This document shows positions 1-11,829 of a stretch of 64,000 bases of DNA, piece by piece. Every line of letters starts with the position of its first letter. Positions within the stretch are counted from its first letter, which is position 1. Source of the stretch: Azolla caroliniana (lineage: Eukaryota > Plantae > Polypodiophyta); contig JBHGNT010000021.1 in the NCBI GenBank assembly GCA_043228905.1, forward strand, positions 2,170,001-2,234,000, read 5' to 3'. The notes beneath the pieces were generated by a model. The model was not told the DNA's origin. It saw only the letters and a program-made list of their open reading frames with translations, and made no database searches. The translations under genes were made by a program, and so were the position numbers.

Positions 1-658
1 CAGTCCATCATTTCTCCTGGAGCCTCTTAAGCACTAAAACACCTAGCTACAGCTATGCTCCTCATAGCCTACAGAAATTCATATAAAGTTTAAGTACTAA
101 TCAGCTACGCTGGGAGAGAACCACAGAGTTACAGGAAAACAATAAGACTTTTCAAATAAAAATAGACTGCAAGAATATATTCACAAGATGTAAGCTAAAA
201 TAATGTGAAAGTTAAGACAACAAATTGGCTCAATCTTCTAAATTTCAGGATTTCATAATGTTGTGAGTCTGCTATATACTTGTGGACGTATTTATATGTA
301 GATATATAGCATAATGTGAAAATTAGACAACAGATTGGCTCAATCTTCTAAATTTCAAGATGTCATATTATGTTGTGACTTTGTTGTATAGTTCTGTGCG
401 TATTTCTTTGTAGATATATAAATAGACACACATGCATATATATATATAAGATTTACTCTCATAAGATTTAGTCTGCTATATACTTGTCAATCTTCCGTGT
501 GTTTATATGTATATGTACATATTTATATACCTGTACATACTACACATAAATATATCTTATTATCATTCATTATTATATCTATATGTATATATAAACAAGA
601 ATAGCAACAAAGAAAGACTCTATTGTAAAGAAAGAGAGCGAGAAGAATAGAAATTAAC

Positions 659-2919
659 CCCTTTAGAAGCTTTCGCTCGGTCCTTCTTAGAAAGGACTCC
701 AATACATTTAAGCTCTTCATTGATCACAGGCAAGCCAGAAATGGTGAGAAAACAGTGATCGATCTCCTCTAACAATTGCTCTGGTCTGGCAGAGTATTTT
801 ATGTTCGACATAATATTTGCAAGGAAAGTATGGGGTTGTGCCTGAACCACAGGAAAATAATTATGTTAACATGTTTTCTCCTGATAATCAGAAAATCATA
901 GAATCTCAGGAAAATAATGAGGTTTTTTTTAGTAGAAAATCCTAGCTCAACATCAAGGTCTTTTCGAAGAAAAAGCCATACAGTCTCAGCAATGGCTTTC
1001 TTTTTTAATGTACAAATCCTAAGTTCTCAGAAATTTATGTTCCCGAGAAAAAGCTCCAGGATCTTATATATGCTTTCTTTGACAAAGAAGGCCATAAAAC
1101 TAGGCCGTTCAGAAATGCATTTGTTTTTCCTGATAGAAACCCTAGCCTCTAAGGCGATATTGTTTGTTGTCAGGAAATCATGGCCTATTCTTATAAATGA
1201 TTTTCCTCACAAATGGTTTTTGTTTTACACAGAAACCCTAACTAGCCCTACCCTTCTCAAGACATGTGTCTTCCTTTCAACGATAACTAACATACCCTCG
1301 CCTTTAAAAAGGCATGGTCTTTAAGCCCCAATTATTATTGTTAATCACTATCTAATAAAAAATTAAGAATACACTGAGTGGATTAAGAAGGGATTGACTA
1401 AATAGATTACAAAAAGATTAATTAAAAAGCAACAATGAGGACTAAGAAAGATCAATACACATGCTATTCATGTTTGCAGCATTCTTACAAAACCCTAATC
1501 AAAATCCCTTATAATTAATTAATATGGACATTAATCATGATTTAATCAATGCCCCGATGCTTAGTAATCAAACAATTCTTATCAGTATTCTTTTCCAGTA
1601 CCTTAACCACACCATTGAACTCTTCTCAATCCATTTATCTATCCTAACTCTTTCATCGATTCTTGAATCTTTTCTTAATCTATTTAATCTACTTTAAACT
1701 CATTCATTAACCTTTAATCTTTCCTTCATCTACTTATATCTGTCATAAGGGGTTCACTGCATTGGATCACATATTGACCCTCCACATCCTTACTGAAGAA
1801 GGAAAAGGTCACAAAAGGAGAAACTATTGTTGCTTTGGGGATTCCCAGAACGGAACTCTATGCACTTTATCAATCATCAATCAGTTATGGAGAAAATTGC
1901 TCTTCTTTACCCGCGCCTCTTATCTTAAAGGGAAGCGACCTTTACTTAGGCGGGTTACTTAGATTACAAAGCCAGTAATTTTGTCTTTTCTTGGTATTGA
2001 AATTCTTTTTGAAAGGAAGATAGAGCACGATACCCTTTACATAGGCTCTCAGACATGGTTTTCGTAGCATAAAACTCAACCTGTCAGAATGATTTTTCTC
2101 AACAGAAACTCTAGTCGAAGATCTCCATTAGAAAGGACAGAAAATTGGCAGTTCCTCGTCTGGAATCATAACTCCGGATCTCCACCAGAGAAGTAGGAAA
2201 CTGTCTCTCAACAGAATCTCTAACCCTATGTTTTTAATTGGAAGAAAGGAAAAGAACACGGCTCCTCAGACAAAACCTCATCTCTAAGCTCTGCATTGGA
2301 AGAGAAAAATAAAGAAATAGATAAATTTGTTCTTGGCGTGGTTTTCTTAACAGAAATCTTCTACCCTGGCCTCTCTGAAATAGCTCACTCTAGTCCTAAA
2401 TTTTACATTAGAAAAGACGAAAAAAAAACAGAGAAAGAGATCCCAAAGTTTTCTTAACCGAAAATCTAATCCTAAGCGTTTTATTAGAAAAGAAGAAGAA
2501 AACACAGAGACAGTGACCGGGGGGGGGGGGGGGGGGGGGGGGGGGATAATATTATTCCTTGCCTCTTCTTTGAGAAGGATCGGTTCGTAATGTTTACACA
2601 GGTCTTCATAGTTGAGAAGCGAGAAATTTTCTGGCCATTCTCCGGAAAGAATCTCACATTCTTCATCTTCGTTTTCGTTTTCACAGACGGCAGTATATGC
2701 CGTGGAAGCCTCGGAGTTCTGAACAGAAGCAGGAGGAAGGAAAGAAGAAGAAGAAGAAGAAGAGAAGGAGAGAGGTGATCTTGAAGAAGAAGAAGAAGAA
2801 CGAAAGAAAGGCGGTCTCAAAGAAGAAGAAGGAGAAGAAGAAGAAGAAGAAAGGGTTGATCTTGCAGAGAGGGAAGCAGAGAAATAGTGGGGGGGCAAGG
2901 AGAAAGCGGGGGTCGCCAT
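659..2919 (-). CDS. CBS-domain protein, probably plastid-targeted; exons 2919-2563 and 841-659, 3' end not found in the window
   Basis: Ser-rich transit-peptide-like N-terminus, then SGEWPENFSLLNYEDL..KEE spliced in phase 0 (GAG|GCAAGG ... ttcag|GCA) to AQPHTFLANIM..ISGLPVINEELKCIGVLSKKD, a CBS motif; exon 2 ends GGG|GTTAAT. Confidence 0.85.
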
Positions 2920-2929
2920 GAAAGCTGGG

Positions 2930-3480
2930 ATTGAAGCTTTTTGCTTTAACTTTGGTTCTGCTTCTGCTATCGTTAGAAGAAAGCAGAGAGGAGGTCTGAT
3001 CTGAGAGCTTCAGCTATGTACATACATAAAAAGCCTATGTATATATATGTCTCTTGGTCTCTTGGTCTCGATGGTCTTGGTCTCTTAGTCTCTTGGTCTC
3101 GGTCTTGGTCTTGGACTTGGTCTCGGTGGTCTTGGTCTTATGAAGCTTTTGCTTTACTTTTGTTCATGTTTCTTTAGAAGAAAGCGTAGGTCTGATCTGA
3201 GAGCGTACGCTACTTAGCTGTGTCTCTCGCTAGTATGTATAACTACTTGACCTTGGTCTTGTTCTATTGGTCTCTTGGTCTCTTGGTCTTGGTCTTGTTC
3301 TATTGCTCTCTTGGTCTTGGTCTTATGAAGCTTTTGCTTTACTTTCATTCTGGTTTCTTTAGAAGAAAGCGTAGGTCTGATCTAAGAGTGTACGCTACTT
3401 GGCTATGTCTCTTGGTACTATATATATCTACTTGATCTTGGTCTTGGTCTTAACTCTCTTGGTCTCTCGATCTTGGCCTA
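2930..3480. repeat. Three diverged tandem units of ~190-210 bp over the CBS gene 5' UTR/promoter, each followed by (GGTCTT/GGTCTC)n
   Basis: The core TGAAGCTTTTGCTTTA..TTAGAAGAAAGC..AGGTCTGATCT(G/A)AGAG recurs at ~2932, ~3141 and ~3326. Confidence 0.8.
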
Positions 3481-4212
3481 TCTAGGTTTGGGTTGTATCA
3501 TGTTCTGTCATGTTTCGATCTCAATCTTTGTTCGTGTCTTAATCTCAAGCCATTCGCTAGTTGTAATAGTTTGATCATTGGCAACTAGTTTAGGGATCGG
3601 GTTGTCTAGGCTTGGGTTCAATTCATATATATGATATTGGCCTTGGTCTTGGGTCCTTGTTCTTGGTTTGCATATGTCTCTATCTCTAGTCACGTTTATG
3701 GGTATAGCTCTAGGTTTGTCATTAGTCTTGGCTCTATTTTGATATCGAGTCTAGGCTTATTATTGTCTTGGTATTTGGTCGTGTTCGTAGATCTCAGTCT
3801 ATCGTAAGCTGGAAGTGATGAATGTGAGATCGATCAAAAGAATGGTCGAGAGGCAAATTTTGTTTCTGTTGTATAGGGAATATTGGACATGGAAATGCAA
3901 GCACGAGAGTTAGTTAAAGATGCCAAGTGGAGTGTGGGGACAACTGAGTCTATGCCTAAGGTTTCATGCACTTCATCGATATGGATCCAAGGGGAAAAAC
4001 TGAGGGTGATAACATATTTGAAGACAATTATATCAAGCCAACTCAATTAGTTGTTTGCAAAAACAATACATGAGAAGTCCTTGATGCAATAAACGGAAGT
4101 AAAATGGGTTGTTTATAGAGGCGGTACGATCGTTGTTACAAAGTAAAGAACCACTCGACTTCATGCCATACAGAGACCCATCAATGGTTTGTTAAGGATA
4201 AAAGGTAGGTAT

Positions 4213-4908
4213 TAGGAATCAGCGACGATCCAATTTCCGCTTAACCAGTTTGGCCTTGTCCAAACTAAACCGATTAAGCCTTAAACCAGTTTGGGAGTGT
4301 TGAGATATGAAGCTCGACTAGGTTTAAATTAGTCAACCATGTAATTTAGTAGTTACATAATTAGAATCTAGTTAGAAGTGTTGACCTTAAAACCTTAAAT
4401 AGGATTTTGTACTTAGAATGGGATACATTCTAGATCCTCCAGTACCAAGTTCATTGATATATAGGAATTACATCCTTATACCTATATTCTCCTCACACAT
4501 GTGCACCCTGCATGTGAGTTGTATATATACCTCCTTGTGGGTATTTTTGTAACTTGATGCTTATTAATACAAATAAAGGTCTTTAGCTACACTCTTGTTA
4601 ATCATCCCCCATTTATATTATTGTTCATAAGTTTATCTTCATCTCTCTCTTCCTCTCACACACATGCATACATAATATCACATAATCTTCTACCACTTTA
4701 TCAATACTCACATAATTAGACCCTAATTAACCCTACTTAATTACCTAATTATTAACAGGGAGTTTCCAAACTTGAACTGAATCGGTTCCTGAATCGACCC
4801 TCTTTAACCAAGTTGATTAAGCCTTAACTGGGTTGGCCCAAACCGAACTGCCAACCCCTTTAAAAACATTTTACGATTCATGCTTGAGCCGAGTCATCTC
4901 TGATTCCA
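4213..4908 (-). mobile_element. Degenerate hAT-type MITE (same family as 17250-17532), interrupted by a solo LTR
   Basis: 4213-4292 (TAGGAATCAGCGA..GCTTAACCAGTTTGGCCTTGTCCAAAC) matches the reverse complement of the right end of the 17.3-kb MITE. GCTTGAGCCGAG near 4882 matches its left end. Confidence 0.7.
4298..4757. mobile_element. Solo LTR, 460 bp
   Basis: Begins TGTT, ends AACA, flanked by a perfect 5-bp TSD GGGAG (4293-4297 and 4758-4762); MITE sequence resumes on both sides. Confidence 0.8.
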
Positions 4909-5759
4909 ACAAGGTGTTATGAAGATACTTTTGAGAACATAAATATTGTTATGTATACAAAACCCATCAATGGCAATATTACCTCAATGTTCATGATATG
5001 GGTGGGAGTTGCTAAGTCATTCCAAACCACCTGCATAACAAAAAGCACCAAAGTGTGCAAAATGATGTAGTTGCACATCATGTGGAGAGAACTATAACTT
5101 TTTTAGTGTCTACAAAGAGGCCAATCTTGACCATGGGACCTAAATACACATATTTTCTTGATACATATCTCCTTCCTAAGAAGATACACGAGTCCAATGA
5201 GGAGATCTTAGATAATTATGTGTTGTAATTTGCTACTTCCCACCTCTTAGGTCGACGTTTACAACTCTCGCATAATTGTTATACTTATTATTGTTATAAT
5301 TGTAATATTTGAAACAATAATATTATTGGACATCAATATTCCTACTAAGGATGAACAAACAATTGTGTTTGACACAAGTGATGCCATTTATGTAGAAGTT
5401 GTTGCACAAGAGGTTGGCCTAAAGCAATGAGCTTAATAGATGACCAAAATAACAAACACATGGCAAAACACTTTGTAGCCTTGCGTGGTTCACATGAAAA
5501 AGTGATTTATGCTTTGATATGTTGGAACCCCAATGGAGGTGCAAGCACCATCAATTACTTGATGGGATCTTCATCCCAATTTGAACGAGATAAGAGAGTT
5601 TACTATCAACAATAGACCTATTAGCTTGGACATAGATAATGCATATCCACACTTTTTAAGTGAAAAGTTGTTGCCAAAAAGATGCATGTGTTAAGAATGG
5701 GATCTTGCAAGATAAACACAAGTTTGCTCAGGATAACATTGAGGTGTGTGGTTGTTGAG

Positions 5760-5825
5760 TGTAAAGAATCAAGAGATGGATTCTTGTGAAGCGGAATAGG
5801 TGTGAACTGTGTGTGTGTGAGAGAT

Positions 5826-5868
<43 letters not shown>

Positions 5869-6153
5869 ACGCAAGGTTAAAAGTATATTAACAAGGGAGA
5901 AAGACTCAACAACATACAAGGTGGGAGGAGGGTGCTTTATGTAGTCACCCTCTCTCTTCATTAACTACAAGGCTCATGGAGCATGGGGAATGTGAAAGCT
6001 CATAAGTTATGTGTCATAGAATATGATTCTATGACTCATACTAAATGCTAGAATACAAAGTGGTGACATAATGGTGACTCTTGATCGTTGAGGTGTCTCT
6101 TCACTCTCAAGGTGATTTCACACACTAGACCAAGTTGAGCTTGATTCTCAACA
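5760..6153 (-). repeat. 3' LTR of the copia element (394 bp)
   Basis: TGTAAAGAATC...TTCTCAACA, a direct repeat of 10824-11205; adjacent PPT CTTGAGGGGGCG on the minus strand at 6154-6165. Confidence 0.95.
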
Positions 6154-6353
6154 CGCCCCCTCAAGCTCAAGTCGGGTCGGTTTCAGACGGTATCCGAAAT
6201 CCGCTTCAATTCACGTTCGGGAGTCCGCGTCGACTCGCGTTATGCGGAGTTGCGGAATCTGTGCTCCAGCTTGCGTTGCGCGTAGTTACGAAGTCTGTGC
6301 TTTGGCTTGCGTCTTTCTTCGCGGCTTTGTTGCGTGGTTGCGGAATCCACGCG

Positions 6354-9300
6354 TTATTGCGTAGTGTCTTCAGTACTCCCCCTCAAGCTTTGCAGGTCAG
6401 GGATCGTCAATCCGAGATCGGTCATGAATTGCCATAGCTTGTCGGCTCCTAAGGCTTTAGTGAAGATGTCAATCGTTTGAAGATCGGTGCTAATGTGTTG
6501 TAGGTCGACATCGCCAGCTAGAACGCGCTCTTGGATGAAGTGATAGTGCACTTTGATGTGCTTTGTCCACGCGTGGAACACCGGGTTCCGAGCCAGATAG
6601 ATACTGCTCATGTTGTCACAGTAAAGGGAAGTCGGATCCTTGATGGGTACGCCCAGGTCCTTCAAAATCCTCTTGAGCCATACGGCTTCACACGCAGCTA
6701 CGGCTGCGCCCCTGTATTCCACCTCCGTACTCAAAAGAGCGACGGTAGGCTGCTTCTTGCTACTCCAGGATATTGCTCCGCTGCTGAGGGAGAAAACAAA
6801 TCCGGAGGTTGATCTTCTATCGGCTTTGTAGCCGGCCCAATCAGCATCGGTGTACCCCTCGAGTCGTATTGGCATCGCGGTCTTGTAGAGGATGCCGCAA
6901 TCCATTGTGCCACACACGTATCGTAGAACTCACTTAGCGCAATCCAAGTGAGTATCACGCGGTGTTTGCATGAATTGGCTAAGGAGACCGGCCGGATAAC
7001 TGAGATCGGGTCGAGTGATCGTGAGGTAGATGAGACTCCCGATGAGTTGCCGACACTGAGTCGGCTCACACGCTTTGGTGCCGGAGTGCCCATCTAGTTT
7101 GAGATTACGATCGAGTGGGGTTGCCACGGATTTGCACTCAGCCATCCCGAACTTGTATAACAGGTTGAGGATGTAGTGCTGTTGAGAGATCATGATTCCG
7201 GCCGGAGTCCGAATTACCTCGATGCCGAGGAAGTAGTGGAGCTCCTTCATGTCTGTCATCTCGAACTTGTCGGAAAGGAGGGATTTGACCTTATTGATTT
7301 CGACGAGATGCTCACCTCCAATGACTAGGTCATCCACATATAAGATGATGACGATCGGACTTGCAGAATCGCTTCGTATGTAGAGGGAGTTGTCTGATTT
7401 TGACATACGGAAGCCGATTTGATGAAGATATTGCGTTATCTTCGAATGCCAAGCACACGGTGCTTGCTTGAGGCCGTAGAGTGGCTTCTTGAGTCAGCAT
7501 ACGACTTTTGGATGAGTGCTCGAGTTGAAGCCGGGTGGTTGGATCATGTACACCTCCTCTTCTAATTCGCCTTGTAGAAAGGCGTTCTTGACATCCATTT
7601 GATGGAGGTGCCACCCTTTCGCCGCGACATTCGCAATTACGGTCCGCACCGTCGTCATCTTTGCCACCGGGGCAAAGGTCTCTTCGTAGTCGACGCCATG
7701 TGTCTGAGCGTATCCTTTCGCTACGAGTCGAGCTTCGTACGGTTTACGGAGCCATCAACGTTATACTTCACCTTGTAGATCCATCTGCATCCAATCGCCT
7801 TTTTGTGTGGTGAGGTGGGAACGAGATCCCACGTCTCGTTCTTCCGTAGTGCCTGCATCTCCTCATTCATTACTTCGATCCATCGCGGGTCCTTCGCGGC
7901 TTCCGAAAAGGTTTCCGGCTCCCGTACTATCACTACCTTCATCATAAAGGCGTAATGGTACGCCATATAATCGTTGTAGCCAAATCGGTTTACGGGGTTC
8001 TTTTCACGAGTGGATCGGCGGAGCTTTTCATTTGCAGAGATGAGGGCTTTCTTGGCTCCGATTGGTACCTCGAAACCGCCGAACTCACTGTCGAGTGAGT
8101 GAGTCGATTCATCGTTGCCGAAGCGATTGTCTTCATATTCCGCCATTTTCGCCTTGCCTTTGTCCATCTTCGGGCTAGGCCGTGATATGCTTTGATCGCT
8201 CAAAGGCTCTTGTGGTCCGCTCAGTCGGGTCGTGATCGGACTTTCTTCGAACATGCGCGTAAGGTGATCTTCATCCTCTATCTCTTGTTCGGTGGATTTC
8301 GGGTCGAGCGGACTCGGAGGCGAAGTTGTCTCTGGTGCGTACCAGGATGCGGACTCGTAAAAAACGACGTCTCGACTTACCCGAGATTTTCGAGTTGAGG
8401 GGTTGTAGCACTTGTACCCCTTTTGCTCCAGTGAGTATCCTACGAGGATACATTTCTCCGACTTCGGGTTGAGCTTTTGACGCTTCTCGTCGGGGATGTG
8501 CACGTACGCAATAGAGCCAAATATCCGAACATGTGATAGGTTCGACTTCTTTCCAAAGAATCTTTCGTGCGGAGTGACCTCGTGCATGCCGGATGTTGTG
8601 CGCCGGTTCATTAGGTAGACGACCGTATTTGCCGCTTCGGCCCAATATGACTTGGGCATATGCTTCTCGTTCATCATGGCCCGCGCTACTTCGAGGATGT
8701 GCCGATTTTTGCGCTCGGCTACTCCATTTGTTGCGGAGTGTGTCGGCAAGTGAATTCTCGCCGAATTCCTTCCTTTCGGAGATACGCCGTGAAATGGTCC
8801 GAGAAGTACTCCTTGCCGCCATCCGATCGAAGGCATCGTACATGTCGGCCCGTGGCTTTCTCGACTTCATTCTTGAAATTTTGGAAGTGTCCGAACACTT
8901 CGCTCTTTTGCCGCATCGGGTAGATCCAAGTGTGCCTAGAAAAGTCGTCGATGAAGAGCACGTAATATCGGCATCCGCCGAATGTCACCGTTTGAGGCCG
9001 ACCCCATACATCGGAATGAATTACGTCGAGTACGCCTTTGCTCACATTCCGCTCCTTCGGAAATGGGTGTCGGTGTTGCTTGTTGAATTGGCACGCTTCG
9101 CATACACCTTCAATCTCCTTCTCTTTGAATGTCGGGAGTCCGATGACGACTCCTTTCGATTTCATTGCTTTGAGTTTATTGAGATTGATGTGGCCAATTC
9201 GCTTATGCCATAGCTCTATGTCGGAGTCGGCTTTCGAGCTTTTCGCGAACATGGCGGATTTCATCTCGTGCGAATCGAGAATGAACATCCGGCCCTCTCT

Positions 9301-10664
9301 TCTTCCGCGTGCGATGATTTGGCCTTCTTTTTCGATGAAGCACCCTTCTTGATCGAATCGTACTTGCATCCCTTGCTCAACCATTTGGCCGACCGAGACC
9401 AAATTCTTCGTGATGGTGGGAACATGCAAGACATTTTTAATGTATGTTTGCTTACCTCTTTCGCCGAACGGGACATTGCCGATGTGCCGAATCGGGTGCG
9501 TAGTGTCATCTCCGGTTTCGACATAACCGGGTCGCTCCGGCTCTCGAAGTTCGAGAAACCATTCTTTATGGGATGTCATATGGTTTGAGGCTCCGGAGTC
9601 TACAAACCATACGTCCTCCGGATTGAGGGCACTAGTTGAGGTAGAGGCCGACATAGAGTTTGCTCTATGTTTCATCATGAACATTCCGCCATGGTCGGAG
9701 TTGCGTGCATACATTCTGCCACGATCTTCGTAGTCGGAGTTGTTCCCGTACATTCCACTATACTCTTCGTAGTCGGAATTGTGTGCGTAATTCGTGAGTT
9801 GTCGGCTTGTGGAAGCCGATTCACGCATCTTCTTTCGGCACTCTTCTTCGTGGTGGCCGAGCTTTCCGCAATATCCGCATTCGGTTGCGTTTTGACGGCT
9901 CGAGCCGGAGTGGAAGCTCCCCCTTCTTGCAAAGGTTCCTCGTTGGCCTCCGTTTTGCGGCCGAAATTGGGAGTTGTTGTCGTAGGTCAAACCTCGTCCG
10001 CCGTGTCCTTGGCCGAATTGGCCTCTCGCTCGTCCGCGTCCTCTTCCTCCATTAGAGTGCGTGTAGAGCATGTGGCCTTCCGACTCATTACTCTTCGTAC
10101 GCACGTGGTTTTCTTCGACCAATAGCATTGATTGGAGCTCGAAGAAGGAGGGAGATTTCTCCCATGCTAGAATGGCGGTTCGCATCGCGTCGAACCATGG
10201 TGCGAGGCCGCCGAGGCATATTTGAACCATCTCATCATCATCTATACTTACGCTTATTGAGCCGAGCGAGTCGCAAAGCTCCTTGATCTTCAAGGTGTAT
10301 GTCGTGATGGACATGTCCCTTTGTTGAATGTTGTTCAACTCTTGGCGGAGTTGAAGCTTCCTCGCGGTCGTGTTGGCGGCGAAAATCTTTCGTAGATTTT
10401 CCCACGCTTCCTTCGGTGTCTTGGCTTCTCGAATGTAACCGAGCATGTGGTCGTGAACACATGTCGCCAAACAATACATCACGCGGCTTGCTCCCATGTC
10501 GCGTACCCAGGAGCCACTTCGGTGGGTCGGTCTTCATGCGCTCCTTTGATGTAGCTCCAATAGCCTTGTCTGACAAGGTATTGGTGCATCTTGTACTCCC
10601 AAGATGCGAAGTTGTTTCGATCCAACTTCTCGGTAGGGAGAGCGCTCCCCATTTGAGTATTCAT
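6354..10664 (-). pseudogene. Copia gag-pol polyprotein, disrupted
   Basis: Gag (KLDRNNFASW, CCHC knuckle CGYCGKLGHHEEEC), protease (WFVDSGASNHM), GAG-pre-integrase/integrase (HSDVWG, RSDGGKEY, NGVAERKN), RT (LYVDDL), RNase H (YTDADWAG, YCDN). Frameshifts near 10490, 8730 and 7740; in-frame TGA near 7495 and 6931. Confidence 0.95.
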
Positions 10665-10811
10665 TATGTCGATTCTTCTTCTTCTTTTTCTCTCTTCGAA
10701 TACGAGCTATGTAGCGACGTTACAATAGCTAAGAGCCGGTTCTTGGTCGTCGGCGTAGAGCGCAACACACGATCACGATGAGGCGAATGGGCTAGATCGA
10801 GCTACCAAATC

Positions 10812-10823
10812 GCTCTGATACCA
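10812..10823 (-). other. Primer-binding site complementary to initiator tRNA-Met
   Basis: TGGTATCAGAGC immediately internal to the 5' LTR. Confidence 0.95.
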
Positions 10824-11205
10824 TGTAAAGAATCAAGAGATGGATTCTTGTGAAGCGGAATAGGTGTGAATTGTGTGTGTGTGTGTGAGATAAAGAGAGA
10901 GAGAGAGAGAGAGAGAGTATACGCAAGGTTAAAAGTATATTAACAAGGGAGAAAGACTCAACAACATACAAGGTGGGAGGAGGGTGCTTTATGTAGTCAC
11001 CCTCTCTCTTCATTAACTACAAGGCTCATGGAGCATGGGGAATGTGAAAGCTCATAAGTTATGTGTCATAGAATATGATTCTATGACTCATACTAAATTC
11101 TAGAATACAAAGTGGTGACATAATGGTGACTCTTGATCGTTGAGGTGTCTCTTCACTCTCAAGGTGATTTCACACACTAGACCAAGTTGAGCTTGATTCT
11201 CAACA
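10824..11205 (-). repeat. 5' LTR of the copia element (382 bp)
   Basis: Direct repeat of 5760-6153; differs by about 2 substitutions plus (GT)n/(GA)n length. Confidence 0.95.
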
Positions 11206-11829
11206 TTGAGTATACAACACAATAACAAGCTTGATTTAGAGCCCGTTTTATAAACTCACACAAGGGTTGCTAGATTCATTGGATTATGTAGCCACATGTT
11301 GTGGTACAAGAAGACACTTGTCGTCGCCAAAAGTGACTCGAGGATTTCATAGACTCAGACAAGAAGAATCCTTCAAACATATTGTGAAGAAGGAGATATA
11401 TTTGGCTAAAATTGAAGCCAAGATGTATACAACATTCATAGGACAAGAAAGTAAAAGAGCATGGAAAATGTTTAATGTAAGGTAACCTAACACGCAAACT
11501 CACGCGACAAGTGAATCAAGAACTAAATGTGTGGGGTTTTAGGCCAAAGAAACTTGGAAGGTGTCACAATAGTTTGAGCAATTGCAATTTGTCGTGCGTG
11601 TGGGACTGCCCATCTAAGACCACAAACTCCTTAGTTGAAGAAATTCTTTAGTGACTTATATTTAGTTGTACTTATTTTGGTTTGTGGTTCTGAAAGAGAG
11701 ACAATTTTTTAAGATGTAAGGTGTTGTTCAATCACAAAAGCCATTTTAGCTTATTAAAAAGTCTTTGCATCTCTCTTCTTGATTTTTATTTTTGTAATCA
11801 TAATAGAGTTGCTAACGATTTTCTTACTT

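Larger units (their letters stand above)
5760..11205 (-). mobile_element. Full-length Ty1/copia LTR retrotransposon with disabled coding region
   Basis: Two near-identical TG..CA LTRs, TSD TTGAG (5755-5759 and 11206-11210), Met-tRNA PBS, PPT, and gag-PR-INT-RT-RNaseH domain order. Confidence 0.97.
3800..11640 (+). mobile_element. Highly degraded Ty3/gypsy-like integrase relic, split by younger insertions (pieces ~3800-4200, ~4910-5759, 11211-11640)
   Basis: Fragmentary translations resemble the integrase core and C-terminus (GWPKAM..KHMAKHF, VGTPMEV, DKKVK). Many stops and frameshifts; pattern recognition only. Confidence 0.35.

Noticed and set aside
5581-5695. LDIDNAYPHFL looked like a family-A/TV-Pol polymerase motif, suggesting a viral insertion
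   Set aside because: Short stop-bounded frame with no other polymerase motifs; neighbouring frames fit a decayed gypsy integrase better.
6135-10781. Many antisense and overlapping ORFs within the copia element
   Set aside because: Expected by-products of GC-rich coding sequence; no recognisable domains.
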